In this document: positions 32,957 to 43,836 of the stretch, piece after piece
Position numbering within the stretch: position 1 is the first letter of the stretch
Layout: every line of letters starts with the position of its first letter
Assembly: GCA_964016885.1 (NCBI GenBank)
Contig: OZ024740.1
Location: 134,850,001-134,914,000 of the forward strand
Length of the DNA: 64,000 nucleotides
Direction of reading: 5' to 3'
DNA from: Eledone cirrhosa
Lineage: Eukaryota
Translations under genes and position numbers: made by a program
The notes under the pieces: model-generated
The model's input: the letters and a program-made list of their open reading frames with translations, nothing else
The model's database searches: none
Told to the model about the DNA's origin: nothing

Positions 32957-34949
32957 ATAAATATTATTAAAACAGAGAAAACAAAAGCAAAATTTAAAGC
33001 TTTATCATATTTAATGTCATGAAAATTGTTCTGCCACATGCCATAGAAAAGTATTTTCCCATTCATTCTGTTCTGCTTTCTATTGATATCTCTATATTCT
33101 TTTCTAGTTAAGTGTCAAAAGTACTTTACTCTTTTTTTCTCTTTGATGATGTCTCATAAATTTTCTTAGTTTTTGTCATTTTTAGTCTTCATTAGTTTTG
33201 CATTCTTTCCATGATATTCTGAAAAGTCTTCTATATGCCCACATCTCAACGGCTGGTAATTTATTTGATAATATAATATATATGTTTCAACTCTGTATAG
33301 TGGAGTGGTCCACGCATAACATTTTAATGTTTCTGGTTTTGATATTGTTTCTTTATGTTAGTTTGTTTAACATTTTTACAAATAACTTTTGATTCTCAAT
33401 CCTTCTGATTCCTGCTTCACATTTCTTGTTTTCTGTTTTCATATATTCCTGGTATATTATCTTTGGTAACTGTTATTTATCATTAATTACTATTCATTTT
33501 CTTTTCTTTATGTTAGTTTCTATTTTATAGGACATTACCTTGTCATTTAATGTAGTTACAAGGTTCTGTAGGTCATCTCTGAAAATTAATAAGACCATAT
33601 CATCTGCTATTTATATATGCCTCTAAATTGCAATTATATGTCATTTCTGTATGTTTGAAGGGTTTCTTCTTTAACACTTTTGTTACTGTATTTATAAAGA
33701 CACTGCCTATGATTTTAAAATAATTTTGAAAATAATCAAGAATTTGAATATAACTTTCTCATTATTGAGCTGGTGTTTGGAGCCTACCTTAACAAAGGTT
33801 AACAGATCAGTTTTTTATCATAGAACCAGGGGTGATTTGCTGTCAAAAGGGTTAATACTGTTTTTAGTCAGAGACAGAAGGACAGTGCCCCTAATCCTTT
33901 TCATAGCCTTTGAGAATTGTAAGGAGGAAGGTGTTCTCAAACCTAAGACAACAGAGTAGACTTCGCTAAAAGCACCCAAGGGCCAGGTGGTGATCTTAAA
34001 CTAGGTGACAGATTAAGTCTGCCATGCAAGTAGACCACAGCAGGATTTGAACCCAGAATGCAAAGAACCAGAATAAATACCGCAAGGCATTTTGACATTT
34101 TACTAATTCCAGTAATCAACAGCCCTTTATTTTAGCAATCTCAAAAAGGAGAAACGAGTTGAACTCAGAGCACAGAAAACTAGAACAAACAACTGCAAAG
34201 CATTTTGTTCTGTGGAGAGAGGAATAAATATATATATATATATATTTATTTATTTATTCCCCTCTATATATATATACACAGACATACACACATGTGGAAT
34301 GTTTTGTTGAGATGGAATGTAGTATAAAGCGAAACAAGTCAGAGAAGATACACTTCATAAATAATTTAGGGATTGAGGATACACTTGAGAAATAGGTATA
34401 GCTGAATTATTAGAGCATTGGACTGGATCTATGCAGTATCTTATCCAGTTCTGTCTCTTACCACTGGGAAAATGGCTGTATGATAGGAAGGAACCTCTAT
34501 CATTAAAAGACCTAAGAAACCTCCTATAAGATGCAACCTCATAGGATGCTGGCTAAACCTATGTAGGTGTGAACCATAACAACATAAATTCAGCAGTTGG
34601 GTATGCCCATTTTCGTAGTTTAACTTGCATCTTGTTTCCCTTCACCCCACTCAGCTGAATAACTCAACAAGTAATAAAAAAAATAAAAAAAAACCAGGAA
34701 AACCTAAAATTGGGTTGTAACAAGGTTTTAAATCAATTGTAGTAGAATTGTGTCAGTGACCAGGTCCAAAACTGCAGTGAAAATTTTGATACCAAGAAAT
34801 TATAAATGTAAAGTCAAGTTAAGAGTTTTTGTTTTTTGAATGACTAAAATGTTACTATATAATTGCTTTAGTTTCAATACATGATTTCAGATCAAGTCAC
34901 TTGATCAAGACTCTTATCTTCATATTATAAATCATTATAAGCTAGGGCT

Positions 34950-35306
34950 TGAACTCCTTAGCATTTAAACCAGCCATATCTGGCCAGAATTTTCTTACCT
35001 CATTGTGTTCAAACCAGCTGTTACCAGCTGGTCATGCTGATGTTAAGGTATTGTTCTCAAAGTAAATACAGATAAAATTCCATTATAACGAACACCGTTA
35101 TAACAAATTTTTCAGTATAACGAAATTTTTTTCAATTCCCAGCCACGCGTTCGATGTATTAGGTCCATCTCGTTATAAAGAATTTTTCGTTATAACAGAA
35201 TTTCACTGTAATATAAAAATCGCATAGTTTTGATATTATGTGAGATAAAGCCTTTACCATGAAAATACAATAGTAAATATAGAGTAATATAAATGCTAAA
35301 AAGTTA
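34950..35306 (+). mobile_element. piggyBac-type MITE copy carrying a nested pogo-like MITE
   Basis: Ends 'ctccttagcatt' and 'aatgctaaaaagttaa'; body homologous to 50912-51093. Confidence 0.7.
35069..35208. mobile_element. 140-bp pogo/Tigger-like MITE
   Basis: Imperfect TIRs 'cagataaaattccattataacgaa' and 'ttcgttataacagaatttcactg', flanked by TA on both sides; repeated 'gttataac' motifs. Confidence 0.8.
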
Positions 35307-36629
35307 ATGTTGAATATTTTCTTGTAGAAAGGGATTAGATATATATAGAGAATGACTTATTAACTATGTTAGAGGTGGTTCCCAAACATATTTTGTTACT
35401 GAACTTTCATATGATTTTTTTTTTAAATTGCAGAATCAATGTCTGTATATTATGGGCAATTCCCACCACTCTGTTCAATAAGCATTTAATGAAACAAAAT
35501 GTTTTAGAGAAAGAATTTATTCACAAAAAGGAATCATGAAATTTTTTTTAACCTTTCTGATACCAACCTGCCTAAAACCACCTCTGATTCTATGAAAAAA
35601 AAAAAGGTTCTTATTTAAATTATTATTTTCCAACGTAATTTGACATATGAAGCCTTTTGTTAAGTTACATTTCCATCTTGGTAATTAAATGATTACTAAT
35701 TTTAGTTAATCCTTCCAAACTCTTAATTAATTCAAACCATGTATTTCATTAGAAATATGGTCACGAAAACCTATCTCACGGAACCCCCTTTCGGAAACAC
35801 TGCTTGAGATATATTTAAATTAAAATCCTTTTAACAAATCTTCAGTGTAAAATATTAACAGAAGACAAAATACAATCATTCTTCATCTAAATGGCAATGT
35901 TGATAATGGGAGAAAAAGGGTTTTATTGATCTATTGTGTGATACCTTAATTATGTTTACAGATAATTGATAAAATCACTAAATTATTTTAAAGAATATCA
36001 ATTATTAAACTCACTTATGAAATAGCTAAGGTGTCAAGATAGATTTATTTACAATAATAAATATATAGATTTTTTTTTATATTTTACTGAATTCTTGATA
36101 ACATTGTTTCTAATAAAATTTGTTTCAGTTGTCAAACTTTCTTGAATAGAAAACAAAATTGATTATTTATAGGTTTTCAAAAAGCAGGTGCCTAAAATTT
36201 TTAAAATATTATTTTTTTCTTGGATATATTTAGTTTTATAAATGTGAGGCTTGGATTTATGATACAAAACTGCTCATTTTAAAATGTTTATATTTATATT
36301 AAATCCTATCATAATTTTATTTAAGAAAGTTTTGTTATATAATGTTCTAAATATCAGCTTATTAATGAAAGAGTTAGTTAAATATTTGATTATTTTCAAA
36401 TTTAATTGAAACTCATAGACTGCATTTATTTCATTAGAAATATGGTAACAAACTTACAGAATAAAAGACGGGTAAAATTATGTACATTCAATTTGTATTT
36501 ACGCTTGCTTCTTATACTAAAATTATTTTATCTAATTTGACTTGATTTTTTTTTTTATTGTTAGACGTTTTAGACCCATATTAGCTTGTGTCCACTTAAA
36601 AAATTATGGTTGTCTTACATTACTTTCAG

Positions 36630-36736
36630 ACGCCGATTTCCTAGCAGAAACACTAGCCCAAACCAAAATGCCACGTCTCAACCCAGTTCTGACTCTGGTT
36701 CATCATCAAGCAATTTTCAGGGGAAACAAAGTTCTT
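36630..36736 (+). CDS. Candidate coding exon of an unidentified host gene (Ser-rich: RRFPSRNTSPNQNATSQPSSDSGSSSSNFQGKQSS)
   Basis: 'tactttcag' acceptor and 'gtaagt' donor; GC-richer island in AT-rich DNA; phase-2 start is compatible with exon 4206-4262. A second frame is also open. Confidence 0.55.
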
Positions 36737-36928
36737 GTAAGTTAAAAAAAATTTTAATGTTTGTCATTGTCATTTCTACTTAACTTCCAGGAGAGCTTGG
36801 AAGAACTCTTTTGCAGGTATGGTGATTATAATATTTGACTTTCTAATTACTCATAATGTTGGCAGTGTTAGCTTCAATGATTAGTTGTTTGAGCTTTCCT
36901 CTTTCATGTTTGAAGTGCACTAAATAAA

Positions 36929-36977
<49 letters not shown>

Positions 36978-37961
36978 TTCCATTTGAAAAATTAAAAAAT
37001 AAATAATTGATGACTCATGAAATACTGAAAAAAATAATTAATCCTTTCAAATAGCAAAACTCTTGAAAATGTAATGCAAAATTGTTTCTTTTAAAGTGTT
37101 TTAATACAAGAACCTTTGTTAAGTAATGCTCCAAACTTGATAATCAGAAAGTTACCTATATTACTAAATCCCACAACATGCTTGATTGTTTTCTTAATTG
37201 AAATACTTAGGCAGTGTCTTTTATTAGAAATATGGTAATGAAACTATACTTGTTTCACAAAATACATATTGCATTCAAACTTTCAAACTGTGTTTAGTAT
37301 GCATTGATAGAGCTATTAACTAATCTTTTTTGTTTCTATCTACACTGTATTTCAATATATTTTTCAATTGTCTCCAGGATGCCATATTTCCAATTCTTTT
37401 ATTCTTTTACTGGTTTCAGTCATTAGACTGCAGCCATGCTGGAGCTTTGAAGAGATTTAGTCAATCACATTGACCATGGTACTTCTTTTTCTCAAATCTG
37501 TTATTTATTATGGCAAAGAGCAGCAGGAATAAAAAGTAGCTGGCAAAGTGAAATGTAGATGTGTTGCTACCATGTAGTTTGGCATTGTAATATCAACACA
37601 AGCCACACATTTACCCCCCCCCCCCCCCCCCCCCCCTGATTGTGAGTTTAAGAGGTTTGGTCCCTTTGTGCAGCTACTGGAGCATTTTCTACCATAGCTT
37701 TAGATTGACCAAAGCCTTGTGAATGAAATTTGGTAGGCAGAAACTGTCAAAGCCCTTCATAAGACCCATTCCTGTTTTGGAATAATAGTCTTAATCCACT
37801 GCTCAGTTTCACACCACTTCCTAGTCCAAGGTGCATTTAGCAGTCTCCACTCCATTGCGAATATTCAGACCAGGACTTCACTTTCAGTAAACATTCTTCT
37901 TCTTCTTGCCACTCGTTGAGGCTCTAAGAAAGGTTGCAAAAGCGCTTCTCTCCTGGCTAAG

Positions 37962-37992
<31 letters not shown>

Positions 37993-39229
37993 AAGTATTT
38001 AAATGATTGCATTGATTTATAGATTACTTATTGAACAGCATTTAATCAACAGAGGTTTGTCATTTGTATATTTAAGTAATTTAATAAAATATTGATTTTT
38101 ATGCTTCATGAAAAATATCCATTCCTACAAAATGTGATTTACAATATTCTGTTATGTGTACATCTTTTTTTTTTTATACTTTCTGTCTAAACTGCTTCTA
38201 AACTCAATTGTAATTCCTTTGCTTGGTAATTTATTTCCTAAAACTAACAATTATTCAATTCAAAAAACCAAGTGTAAATAAAGTGATGAAAGTTAAGTAG
38301 TATTTTCAACATGGCAGGATATTTCTTTGATTATTTAATTAATGTCAATTTTTGTCAGGGTGAGGTGACAAATTTTAAAAACAGATAAGCTCAACTTTAA
38401 TAGCTATCAAATAACTGTCTTGTGTGTAGAAAGTTAACCTCTCATGTTAGTATGTCATGTTTATTATTTGAACAGAAGATAGATTATTGTATTCAGTTGT
38501 GTTATAATAACTAAATAGAATGATAAATGAATCTACCAAAAATTACTCATGATAAAAAATACACTCTTTTAGTACAACAAAAGTAGTTTATTAATGTCAT
38601 TGTTATCATCATATGTCCTCTTTACATGCCAGCATAAGCTGAACAGCTTGCTGTAATCCGAGTCAGTTCTTATTCAGAGTTACTGCCCTCCTAAATACAT
38701 TGGAGAACCACATCTGGTTTGTACATTCCAAATTTTGGCATGGTTTCTACAGCTGGATGCTTTTCCTAACACCAACCATTTTATAGAATGTACTGAGTGT
38801 ATATCATTGAATAAGTTTAAATTTAGTTGCAATATATTAGTTGTCGGATGGTAAAGCCTGTATCATTTGGTTGTAGCTAATCAATGAGAAACTTAGCTAA
38901 TTTGTAATTTATGTCATGATATAAACTCCAATATTTGAAATAGGATTTATATTTTACTTGTTCAGAAGTAAAATAAATTTTGTGTTCATCATAAAATCAA
39001 AGAGACTATCTGTTATTGTTCTTTACCATTTCTTCCAGTTCCTTTTATATTTTATATTGCAGGAAACCATCAGCATGATATTTTTATCATGTTTGTCTCC
39101 CAATTTTCAATATCACAATACTTACATATTTTCTTAAATATTCACATCACCCTATATTATTTATTGCTTCTTCCTGTGATAGTTTTACATGCTGCCTTTC
39201 TCTTCATTTTAAATTTTCAAATGTTCATA

Positions 39230-39568
39230 GGCACAGACTTGTGTTGTTAAGAAATTTGCTTCATAATCATATGGTTTTGGGTTCAGCCTCACTGCAAGGC
39301 ACCTTGAGCAAGAGTCTTTTACTATAGCTTTAAGTTGACCAATGCCTTGTGATTGAAATTTGGTTGGCAAAAACTATTTTGAAGCCCATCGCATGTGTGT
39401 CTGTCTGTTTTAACAGCCACACTTCCTAACAATCAGTGTTTATGTAATTTAGCAGTGCCACAAGTAAAGATTAATAAAATAAGTACTAGAGTTCATATGA
39501 TAGGCTAAACTCTTCAAAAGTAATCCATAGCATGGCCACAGCCTAATGACTGAAACTAGTAAAAGAGT
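39230..39568 (+). mobile_element. Near full-length degenerate tRNA-headed SINE
   Basis: Head 'gttaagaaatttgcttcataatcatatggttttgggttcag', body 'caccttgagcaag..ttgaccaatgccttgtg', tail 'cagcatggccacagcctaatgactgaaactagtaaaag'; related pieces at 26860-27020 and 37400-37760. Confidence 0.7.
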
Positions 39569-40659
39569 TGTTTTTTTTAAATGGTTGTTTATATTGTGTT
39601 GCGTAAATGGTTAGCCATAATTTAGTTTCATTATACCAGTAGGTCAAATTTTGAAGTGTCAGAATGCTGCATACTGTGGTCCTAAATTCAACATTTACTA
39701 CAGCTGTTTTTTGTAACCTGAAGCGAAGTAGTTTATAATGCTTGCCTCAGTCTGCTCATCTGGCAACAGACACCATTTACTACAAGGTTGATGAATCAGG
39801 AATAGAAATGGCATCAAGCTCCAATAAATGTACAAATATGTAAAACATATTCTCAAATATTCTTTCATATAAATTAAAGTCTATCTTGAGCCTAGGAGAT
39901 CATCAGGTCAGAGCTTATCTCGATGTCATTGGCATTAAGCAATTGAATCTGCAAGACTTCCCTCTGGATGGGATACCAGTCTATTGCATGTCTAACGCAC
40001 AGCTAATACTGGTACTCATTTCTAGTTGAGTTGACTAGAAAACATGAAATAAGATGTTTTGCTCAAGAAAATGCATCGCTTGGTCAGAGAATCGAATCAA
40101 ATCCATGACATTAGTCTTAAGCCCTACACCTTAACCACTAGGCCACATGCCTTCATGCTTTCATGGGAAATGGATATGAAACAAAAGAATAGAAAATGCC
40201 TATTAATATATTCAGTGAATTACATACTTATTTATATGAACTTTGGGACAGATGATAAAAATAGGGAACCTTTTGTGAACAGTTTTAACTTTGTAATGAA
40301 ATAAAATTGATGTGAGTACTGTAGAACCAGCTGAAGGGGTTAACACTTTATTTACTCTCTCATTGTTTATCTGTGACCATGGCCAAACACTTCACACTCA
40401 ATAGCCCAATCTATCATTTAGCTGTAAACAGCAGCACTTAAATTGGAAAGTATTTTGTTATCATGCATTGTGGCAGTCAATTTCCCCTAAATATAGCCAG
40501 AAGATATACTAAACCTCAATGGTCTCATCTACTTATTCATGAGTACCAGGATCAGGTCTCCAAATCTTAAACATTCAGATAGAAAGAGTTTTGATATATT
40601 ATTTTAAAGTATATTTTTGGCCTACTTATATATTTCATTTTTATGTGTGTGCATGCACA

Positions 40660-40890
40660 CATCATCATCATCATCGTCACTGTTTAACATCCATTTTTCC
40701 ACGATAGCATGGGTTAGTTGAGTTGTCCTATTTTGAAACAAGTCAGATTAGATTACCATAACTTGCTTAGACAGAACTGTTTCTGTGGCTGGATGTCCTT
40801 CCTAATGCCAACCACATTCACAGTCTGAACTGGGTGCTTTTTATTGTGGCATCAAAATGACCACTTTAAAATGTGGACTTGGTGCTTTAT
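40660..40890 (-). mobile_element. RTE 3'-UTR fragment
   Basis: (CAT)n tail and 'tttaacatccatttttccacgatagcatgggttag'; closely similar to 28081-28280. Confidence 0.8.
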
Positions 40891-40898
40891 TATTATTA

Positions 40899-41809
40899 TC
40901 TGTATATATATAAAATTAAGTATGTGTGTGTCTGTGTATTACCTATAGGGGCCTACATCTTACGACCGATTTTCATGAAACTTTACAGGCTCATAGATTA
41001 GTCATCGGGGAGTGTTTTCTATATATCAGCGTATCGTTTTTTTATTCCGGGGTCATTCTGCAGATAAAAATCGATAGGGGGTCACCTTTTTTAGATATCG
41101 AAAAATAAGATTTTTGGTTCCCACATTTTGTCACCGATTTCGTTCAAATTTTAAAGCAAAATAGAATTTATCATTGCACATCTTGTAATGGCTTTATATT
41201 TTGCATTTGTTGTTCAGACGTGGCAGCCGCTTAAATATTCAAAAATACCACTTTTAGACTCAAATTTCCACTTTTTCAGCTCTACCTCCCACATTAATCA
41301 ACCTACTTTGTTCAAATTTTACACTACGCTAGATCTGATTATTTCACGTCTTAAAGTGGCTTTACATTTTGTACTTTTTGTTCAGGAACGGCGTGGCAGC
41401 CGCTTAAATATTCGAAGATACCACCTTTTTGCTCAAATTTCCGCCTTTTCTTCTATAGCTCCCAAATTTTTCAACTGATTTCATTCAAATTCGAAATTTC
41501 GGTTCCACCTCACACATAAATCAATTTATTTGGTTCAACTTTTATACTACGATAGAACCTATCATTGCACATCTTATAGTAGCTTTACACTTTGCATTTT
41601 TTGTTCAGGGACGGCGTGGCAGCCGTTTAACTCTTCAAAATACGATTTTTTCCACCTCCCACATATTCCATACGATTTCACTCAACATTTCGCCATTTGC
41701 TACACCTTACGACCGATTTTCAAGAAACTCGCAGTCGCTAACATCAACACCTTTTCATCAAAGCAGATATTATTTTACCTACCCAGGCAACGCTGGGTAC
41801 TGCTGCTAG
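40899..41809 (+). mobile_element. Complete non-autonomous Helitron (911 bp)
   Basis: 5' TC start preceded by A; 3' CTAG followed by T; subterminal hairpin TACCCAG-gcaacg-CTGGGTA at 41780-41799; no TSD. Confidence 0.88.
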
Positions 41810-41982
41810 TTCAATATAATTGAATACATTTACATATCCACTATGTTAGAGCAAAAAACCAAATTCTAATTTTGTTTTTATTTTTCGACAAAACCAGCCA
41901 TAAAATCACTCGGTATACAAATTAGGCTAATCAGTTGATGTGTACTTTAGACAATACTATATATTCTCAAGACTTCTAATGA

Positions 41983-42058
41983 GTGACAGAAGAGAGAAAC
42001 ACAATCTTGACGAAGGGCAATAACCCAGAAACAATATTGTAAATTATTTCTCTGTCAC
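41983..42058 (+). ncRNA. Degenerate minimal type-I hammerhead ribozyme-like motif (Penelope-like/retrozyme type)
   Basis: Stem I gtgacaga..agaaa..aat / att.tttctctgtcac; core (c)TTGACGA; stem II ggg-caataa-ccc; GAAA; palindromic stem III CAATATTG; cleavage-type GTA. The core deviates from CTGANGA. Confidence 0.55.
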
Positions 42059-43435
42059 CACTAAAACAAAAGGATGGCGATGGTCATCTAAAAAACTGTG
42101 TAATGAGGCTGTTTACAAACGAATCGAATTTTATTATTATTCGATATAAAACTCACAAATACATTTTTGTATCTGCTATGTTAGGGCAAAAAAAACAAAT
42201 TCTAATTTTGTTTTTAATACTTTAAAGCACTTTTACTTTTCATGCTCCATGCAAAATATATTACATTGACCTCTTTTTCAAGGGGTTTTTTTTTGGGGGG
42301 GGGGGTATAAGTTCATATTCTTAATATCAAATCTTTAACACTTTCTCAGACTTAATGCTCCAATTCCTTCATTTACATATTTTATTCCTCGTTTTTCATC
42401 TCATTTGTTTGAAACTGAAACGAGCGTAAATTCCTATAGATGTTTCATTTGTGACAAGAAGTCATATAATTATCATACAAAATGTGTAAAAATCCGAAAA
42501 CCTATGTACAACTAGCTGCTTGAGCATAGATGATTAATATTTTAACAGTATAGTACTAGGTTCAATTTCCATTGATTTCACTGGGTCAATGGTAGAACTC
42601 ACATTCAGTAGTACAAGCTAATGAAATATTCCTCAATTATCCAATTCTCATCTCCCAGTGTAAGCTGTACTTACTCAATAGTACAGCAAAACTCAAGTGT
42701 TTGGCCATGAATAAACCACAGTGCTAACAATAGAACATAAGAAATTCCTTGTATAGTAATTTAGCATACATCAGTTCTAACTATAAGGCTATAGTTTAAG
42801 CAATAACATTTTGATTAAGCAAATTTAATGCTGCTAGAAATCTGTTGCCATAATTAGAATAACAACAATAGTACACTGCAGAAATGGTAGTGTGCTGGAC
42901 TAAATTCCTTGCATTTTTTAAGTTGCTCTTTTACATTCCAAGTTCAAAACCCACCAGGGATTGGTTATATCCTGGGTTTGAGGCAATCTTCTGCATTCCT
43001 TCTCTACATGTTTGACTTTGTGTCGATATGATAAGTCTTTCTTTTCTATTTTAATAAAGTAGGGTAACAGTTTTTATCAGCATCTTGACTTCATTTATTC
43101 AACTCATCTCCTAACCAATTAATAAAGAGAAAATAATAAAAGAATAAATTCTAGTGAATTAAATTTGCTGAGAACATTTCACTGTATAGTGTTGTCAATA
43201 AATTGAAAAGGGTTTAAAGCTTTTTCTATATAACATGCACTTATTATTTGAACACTTGTATTATATTTCAGAAAAAGAGAAAATAATATATTTTTTACTC
43301 ACCTTATTTGGTTGAATTAAACATATATGGAGCATGGCAAATTTGTATTAATCTGTGTGTTATGTAAAGTGGAATGTGGGTTAAAGGATATTACTTTGTT
43401 GCATTTCTATTTGCTGTACTCTCAAGAATCCTGTT

Positions 43436-43836
43436 AACCCTTTTAATACCAACTGTCTAAAGCTAACTCTGGATCTATGATACAGAATTGTTTATATTTA
43501 TCTAAAAACCTTCCATCATAATTTTATGCAAGTAACTTTTGTGTTGCAAACACCAGCTTAATAATTGTTTCTACTTTTGGCACAAGGCCAGCAATTATCC
43601 AGTACATTACTGGATCGACCCCGTAAGGAGGAAAGGCAAAGTTAACCACGGCGGGATTTGAACTCAGATCATAAAGGGCCGTAACTCTATGTTGCAAAGC
43701 ATGACGTCCGACCCTCTACCGATACTGCCAATCAAATGAAAAAATATTACTAAATCCATCCAAATTCTGGGCTATTTTAAAAATTTGAAAATAATAGGCA
43801 GTCTTTCATTAGTAATATGGTAACAAAATAGTTTAA
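43436..43836 (+). mobile_element. Degenerate TTAA-flanked (piggyBac-like) MITE interrupted by a - strand SINE (~43560-43735)
   Basis: Starts 'ttaacccttttaatacc'; related pieces near 35549, 37090 and 63793; the inserted segment is the reverse complement of the SINE at 57260-57443. Confidence 0.55.

Noticed and set aside
37613-37991. Long poly-C tracts as functional G-quadruplex elements
   Set aside because: Simple homopolymers among decayed repeats; lengths are unreliable and nothing else supports function.
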